Below, piece by piece: positions 15,112 through 19,282 of a stretch of 19,282 bases of DNA. Every line of letters starts with the position of its first letter. Position 1 is the first letter of the stretch. The notes beneath the pieces are model-generated. The model had not been told where the DNA came from. It was given only the letters and a program-made list of their open reading frames with translations, and did not search any database. The position numbers were made by a program, and so were the translations under genes. This DNA comes from Candidatus Nanopusillus sp. (GTDB lineage: Archaea; Nanobdellota; Nanobdellia; Nanobdellales; Nanobdellaceae), in assembly GCA_028275885.1 (NCBI GenBank), contig JAPWTW010000008.1, positions 1 through 19,282 of the forward strand, read 5' to 3'.

Positions 15112-16920
15112 TTATTGCAAATATTTTTTAATTTCTGCCTTTTTATATCTATCATCTATAAAGAATATTTTAACATAATCATTTGGAAATCTTATTGCTC
15201 TTCCAATTACTTGTTTAATATTTATATCCTTTAGTACTTCTGCTAATTCATTATAGTCCAAATTATTATCCTTAATTATTTTATATATTAATATTGATGC
15301 ATTTGGTGGTGGGGGATACGGTTTTCCGACAATTACAATTACCTTTAATAATGATTGATTATCTTTTACTAACTGAATTCCTTCTATAAATCTTGATCTT
15401 GCATATGTAAATATTAAATCTTTATCAGTTTTTAATATTCTATTTAATGGTTTCTCTCCATCATCTAAAAATATTCTATCTTTTATATCTAATTTTTCAT
15501 ATATGTTTATCATAAAAGAATATGAAGGAAACATATATAATTGATATTTTTCTAAATTATTTGCAATAAATTTTATATCTCCTATTAAATTTTCTATATT
15601 ATTTTTATCATTTCTTTTCGAATATCTTGAAGAAAAATTATATAATACTTCATAATCTTTTTTTCCATATTTTATATCAACTTTAATATATTCTACATCT
15701 TTTATTTTATATAATTTTTGAAAACTTTCTTTTGTAAAATTACTTCCAGACATTAATATTACTGATTTATAATTATCAAATACTTTAATTATTTTTTCAA
15801 ATTTTGTTATATATCCTTCTAATTTAAATAAATTTAATATCCAAAAAATATCTTCAGAATTTATATAATAATATAACTTTAATATTTTATTTATATTCCA
15901 TCTTTTCTTTGGTAATTTAATATTATTTTTTGAAACATACCTTTTATATGTTTCCCAATAAAATGATAAATTATCCAATAATTTTTCATTAGAATCAAAT
16001 ATTTCCTTTAATTTTTCTCTATCTATATATATTTCTTTTGAAGATTTTTCCATTCTTTCTTTTATTAAATATATATCCCTTGTATTAAATTTCTTTGCAA
16101 TTACATTTTCTATAAATGATAATAATTCATCTGAAAATTTCATTAAATTATATCTTATTAATTCAAAATCTTTTTCAGGTATATTTAAAGCATTTTTTAT
16201 AATTTCTAATTCTTTTATTAAATCTTGGAATAATAAATTTTCTTCATTTCTTTTTCCAATACCTTTTTCTATATATTTTCTAAATGATATTGAAATAGGA
16301 TTTATAATTGATGTTAATAAATTATGGGATTCATCCATTATTAAAAAATCAGGTTCTCCCTCTAAAGATAATACTTCATTTAAATATTGATTAAAAACAT
16401 ATGGATATGTTGAAATATAAATATTTGAATCAATTTTCTTAAAAGAATGATATATACATTTTACATCTTTCTTTTTTAAATATTTTTTATATTCTATTTT
16501 TGTCAATTTAATAAAATTATAATTATATTTCTTTAATCTTTTATATAATTCTTCTGGATCATATAAAGATTTTTTATATATACAATCTGCACATATTATT
16601 TCTTCTCCAGATAAATTTGATTTAAAAAATATTGGACATGTTTTCTTTTTATTTGGATATACCCTTAATATTGTATTTATTTTAAATGAATCTTCTAAAT
16701 ATCTTTTTATTTCTTCGGTTGTTCTTACAGCAATATGAGTTATAAAATCTTCTTTTGCCAAATAATCAGAAATTACTAATGCAATAATTGTTTTACCTGA
16801 ACCTGTAGGAGAATCCAATAAAATAAATTTTTTATTTTCATTAATATAGTTTAATATTTTTTCTACAACATCAATTTGAAATGGTCTATTATTTAATATT
16901 GGATAATATTTTTCTATCAT
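15112..16920 (-). CDS. xpd: XPD/Rad3-family SF2 DNA helicase with a 4-Cys Fe-S cluster domain
   Basis: 602 aa. 'RPFQ', Walker A 'DSPTGSGKT', 'MDESHNL' (DEAH-type), four cysteines C95/C110/C113/C155 spaced C-x14-C-x2-C-x41-C between motifs Ia and II, and the C-terminal motif VI 'VIGRAIRFPNDY'. Confidence 0.85.
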   Translation of the reverse strand: MIEKYYPILNNRPFQIDVVEKILNYINENKKFILLDSPTGSGKTIIALVISDYLAKEDFITHIAVRTTEEIKRYLEDSFKINTILRVYPNKKKTCPIFFKSNLSGEEIICADCIYKKSLYDPEELYKRLKKYNYNFIKLTKIEYKKYLKKKDVKCIYHSFKKIDSNIYISTYPYVFNQYLNEVLSLEGEPDFLIMDESHNLLTSIINPISISFRKYIEKGIGKRNEENLLFQDLIKELEIIKNALNIPEKDFELIRYNLMKFSDELLSFIENVIAKKFNTRDIYLIKERMEKSSKEIYIDREKLKEIFDSNEKLLDNLSFYWETYKRYVSKNNIKLPKKRWNINKILKLYYYINSEDIFWILNLFKLEGYITKFEKIIKVFDNYKSVILMSGSNFTKESFQKLYKIKDVEYIKVDIKYGKKDYEVLYNFSSRYSKRNDKNNIENLIGDIKFIANNLEKYQLYMFPSYSFMINIYEKLDIKDRIFLDDGEKPLNRILKTDKDLIFTYARSRFIEGIQLVKDNQSLLKVIVIVGKPYPPPPNASILIYKIIKDNNLDYNELAEVLKDINIKQVIGRAIRFPNDYVKIFFIDDRYKKAEIKKYLQ

Positions 16921-16989
16921 TATAAATTAAAGAATGTTTTATAATTTGAAAAATTTAAAAAATAAATAATGAAAATATTGATAATCGAA

Positions 16990-17063
16990 GGGGCGGTAGC
17001 TCAGACCGGGAGAGCGTCCGGCTGAAGACCGGAAGGTCGTGGGTTCAAATCCCACCCGCCCCA
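16990..17063 (+). tRNA. tRNA-Phe(GAA): tRNA-Phe (anticodon GAA), no intron
   Basis: GGGGCGG TA GCTC AGACCGGGA GAGC G TCCGG CTGAAGA CCGGA AGGTC GTGGG TTCAAAT CCCAC CCGCCCC A. Confidence 0.93.
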
Positions 17064-17195
17064 GGTTTTGATATTATAAACAGTAATTATGGAAATAATT
17101 GTTTTGATGGAAATAATTAAATTTACTAGAAAAGATTTCTAATATATTTTAAATAATAGGATTATTATCTAAATTATCTGATATTGAAAAATTAA

Positions 17196-18830
17196 CTAAA
17201 TAACTGCATAAGCAATAATATAAATTGAAGGCATTACGCCATTTGGAGGATATGCTCTAGCAACAACCCATTCAACATATTGATATGAAGAAGCCCAACC
17301 AGTTCCTGCACCAATTTCTAATGTTGGATATTGAAATGGATTATAATTTAAATTAGCATATGTATAATTTCCATAATTTGAATTATATGATAGAGGATAA
17401 GTATCTAATAATGTTAATGGAGCCCATACTTGATTAGAATTATAAATATAATATCCTGTTTGTGCATAAGACGAATTAACGATTAAATATGAATAAACTG
17501 TTCCTCCAGATGTTGGGAAAGATGTATAATTTAAATATTGATTTGTTACTGCAGATTTTAGCATAACTGCTTGAGAATATGGTGGAGAAGCACCAGACCA
17601 ATATTGAAATTGTACAAATGTAGATAAATTAGATGCAGGTGTATAACCACCACCAGTAGATCCAATTGTACCAGCTGAAAATTGCTGGTTTGTATTTCCA
17701 AACAATGCTATTATGTTTGCATCTGCTCCTCCAGTATAATACCAAGCTTCTTCAACAATTAAAGGTATTTTAGGAATATTTCCATTATTTGGAGGTAAAA
17801 TATAAGTACCTTCATCACCATTATTATTTAGCATTTCAATACCATAAGAAGTTGCTGTAGGAGAATAAGATCCTGTAAAGATATATCCACTCCATCCATC
17901 AAATGTATTATTAAAATATCCATATGCTATAAATACAGCTTGACCATTATCATATCCTGAAATTACTTGAGGAGAAGCACCTACATAAGGATAATATTGA
18001 GAATAATAATTGGCACTACTATTTCCTACATACATATATATTGTTACATTACTATTAGCAGGAATTCCTTGAGGTATGTTAACCCACCAAACATCACATG
18101 TAACTCCATTATAATTTAATTGTCCTTCATACCATGAATAATAAAGTAATTGATTACTATTTGGATTAAAGAACAATACATTCTGACCATTTGGATTTAT
18201 TTGATTAAATAATGTTAAATTATTTACATATGCAAAATTATTACCAATATTTATACTTCCATTACATATTGCTATATCTTGTTGAAAAGGAGATGGAGTA
18301 GAAATAGATTGAGTATTATATAATGTTACTTGATAACTACTAGAATTAGGAAGATATATTATATTAAATTTATTATTTAATATCTCATAATTATAATTTA
18401 TTCCATTATATATAAAATTAGTACTTTTTATATAATCTATATAACTATAATAACAGAAATAATTATTTATTATATAACATAAACTATTACTTCCTATAGG
18501 TATTATATTTCCATTATTACATATAATATTACTTCCATTTATAGATATAGTATTACCATAATTATCTGTAAATATTATTTGAGAATTATTTATATTTATT
18601 GGTATATTTCCTTTATTATAGATATTAAAATATATTATATTATTTGAACAATATACATTATTTATAGTAAATGATACTATTTGAGATTGTTGATTAACTA
18701 AATTATTTGATGAAGATGTTAAAGAACCAAATATACCAGAAGTAAATGCATAAAATAATCCAGCAATTGCAACTGTAATAACAATAATTAATATAGATGC
18801 TACTATTGGAGATATAGATCTAATATACAT
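17196..18830 (-). CDS. Archaeal type IV pilin-like N-terminus fused to DUF2341-like and LamG/ConA-like lectin-fold domains (candidate pilin-adhesin)
   Basis: 544 aa. The N-terminus 'MYIRSISPIVASILIIVITVAIAGLFYAF' matches the archaeal pilin N-terminal pattern (R-G/S-[IV]SPVIA..L.I.ITV..A). Residues ~165-272 match the DUF2341 pattern (TPSPFQQ ... NVLFF ... LYYSWYEG ... DVWWVNIPQGIPANSNVTIYMYVGN). The C-terminal ~270 aa is G/Y/S/T/N-rich and looks like beta-sandwich. Confidence 0.75.
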   Translation of the reverse strand: MYIRSISPIVASILIIVITVAIAGLFYAFTSGIFGSLTSSSNNLVNQQSQIVSFTINNVYCSNNIIYFNIYNKGNIPININNSQIIFTDNYGNTISINGSNIICNNGNIIPIGSNSLCYIINNYFCYYSYIDYIKSTNFIYNGINYNYEILNNKFNIIYLPNSSSYQVTLYNTQSISTPSPFQQDIAICNGSINIGNNFAYVNNLTLFNQINPNGQNVLFFNPNSNQLLYYSWYEGQLNYNGVTCDVWWVNIPQGIPANSNVTIYMYVGNSSANYYSQYYPYVGASPQVISGYDNGQAVFIAYGYFNNTFDGWSGYIFTGSYSPTATSYGIEMLNNNGDEGTYILPPNNGNIPKIPLIVEEAWYYTGGADANIIALFGNTNQQFSAGTIGSTGGGYTPASNLSTFVQFQYWSGASPPYSQAVMLKSAVTNQYLNYTSFPTSGGTVYSYLIVNSSYAQTGYYIYNSNQVWAPLTLLDTYPLSYNSNYGNYTYANLNYNPFQYPTLEIGAGTGWASSYQYVEWVVARAYPPNGVMPSIYIIAYAVI

Positions 18831-18852
18831 ATTATATCTGTTTTTTTTTTAG

Positions 18853-18862
18853 TTTATAAATA
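18853..18862 (-). promoter_or_regulatory. Candidate TATA box of the pilin-adhesin gene
   Basis: 'tttataaata' is centred ~27 nt upstream of the ATG at 18830. A 10-nt homopolymer (18841-18850) lies between it and the start codon. Confidence 0.35.
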
Positions 18863-19030
18863 TTTTATGCTAGACATAATTTAGACTAATACAAATAAAA
18901 TAATATATATAGAAAGTATATGCATAGATGAGTCATAATCTTTTATATTGCTATATATTGCTTTATATATTAGTTAATTAATCTATGAATAATTTACCAA
19001 TAATTAGAATTATAAAAAATATAATTTCAA

Positions 19031-19131
19031 TGCGGCGGAGGGGATTTGAACCCCTGACGGGACTAACCCATCGGGTTTCTTACCAACTAAGGTCTTAAGC
19101 CCGACCCCTTTGACCGCTCGGGCACCGCCGC
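19031..19131 (-). tRNA. tRNA-Leu(UAA): tRNA-Leu (anticodon UAA), long variable arm, ~17-nt intron at position 37/38
   Basis: Reverse complement: GCGGCGG TG CCC GAGCGGTCAAA GGG G TCGGG CTTAAGA [ccttagttggtaagaa(a)] CCCGA TGGGTTAGTCCCGTC AGGGG TTCAAAT CCCCT CCGCCGC A. Anticodon at 19095-19097. Intron approximately 19076-19092. Confidence 0.88.
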
Positions 19132-19156
19132 GTATTTTATTTTTTATTACACTTTA

Positions 19157-19165
19157 TTTTTTAAA
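19157..19165. promoter_or_regulatory. Candidate shared TATA box between tRNA-Leu (minus) and the eS8-like gene (plus)
   Basis: 'tttttaaat' is centred ~30 nt from the tRNA 5' end (19131) and ~27 nt from the ATG at 19188. Confidence 0.3.
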
Positions 19166-19187
19166 TCTTTTTTATCATAAAAATAAA

Positions 19188-19282
19188 ATGGTAAATATAT
19201 ACAAAAAAGGAGGATTATCTGTTTATCAAGGCAGAGATTTAAGAAAAGAAAATGGTAAAATAAAATCTCCTAATAGTAAAAA
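19188..19282 (+). CDS. rps8e: 5' fragment of a gene running off the right edge, probably ribosomal protein eS8 (S8e)
   Basis: ATG at 19188, open to the window end: MVNIYKKGGLSVYQGRDLRKENGKIKSPNSK. 'YQGRDLRK..GK' resembles the conserved archaeal S8e N-terminus (WQGRSLRKPSGG). Only 31 codons are visible. Confidence 0.45.
   Translation, partial: MVNIYKKGGLSVYQGRDLRKENGKIKSPNSK

Noticed and set aside
17089-17118. 12-nt direct repeat atggaaataatt ×2 (period 18), plus 'gttttgat' ×2, downstream of tRNA-Phe. I considered an att-site remnant or an sRNA.
   Set aside because: No tRNA 3'-end duplication, no integrase and no C/D or H/ACA boxes. A short AT-rich repeat like this could be chance or replication slippage.
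18926-18932. C-box-like 'agatgag' in the 200-nt spacer upstream of the pilin-adhesin gene
   Set aside because: It does not fit RUGAUGA, and no CTGA lies at guide distance on either strand. The ATGATGA at 5798-5804 is likewise inside a CDS with no D box following.
16990-19131. tRNA-Phe ... tRNA-Leu bracketing a single adhesin gene, considered as a possible integrated element or islet
   Set aside because: No integrase or transposase, no repeated tRNA fragment marking an att site, and the composition matches the rest of the window.
1-19282. Search for CRISPR arrays, long tandem or inverted repeats, IS elements, toxin-antitoxin pairs or recognisable defence genes
   Set aside because: None found by eye. 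The only repeats seen are short AT-rich ones, and the XPD helicase and the nuclease-like DHH genes look like housekeeping genes with no defence-type partners.

Overview
Very AT-rich (about 20-25% G+C by eye), tightly packed archaeal DNA. Four G+C-rich tRNA genes stand out as islands. Two of them, tRNA-Met/Ile2(CAU) and tRNA-Leu(UAA), carry introns at the canonical 37/38 position. The GC-rich tRNA stems, isolated ribosomal protein genes (uS15, uS11, probable eS8), many overlapping gene ends, and N/Y/I-rich proteins suggest a thermophilic, genome-reduced archaeon of the DPANN/Nanoarchaeota type. That placement is an inference and was not verified. Housekeeping genes include a SecF-like protein, archease, a PEBP/YbhB protein, two RecJ/DHH-family proteins, an ASCH-HTH protein, a metallophosphoesterase, a HAD hydrolase and an XPD/Rad3 Fe-S helicase. 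Four items deserve a second look. (1) An unannotated C/D box sRNA with all four boxes lies between the archease and PEBP genes. (2) Three genes encode proteins with similar 'R-S + hydrophobic' N-termini; the two complete ones are large and carry lectin-type (LamG / DUF2341-like) domains, so they are candidate surface adhesins. (3) A same-strand cluster joins two unknown small proteins, a HAD hydrolase, a MacB-type ABC ATPase, a membrane-anchored protein with four Ig-like repeats, and an FtsX/MacB permease. (4) Four divergent gene pairs have starts 49-57 nt apart with a TATA-like element near the centre. I found no CRISPR array, transposase or integrase.
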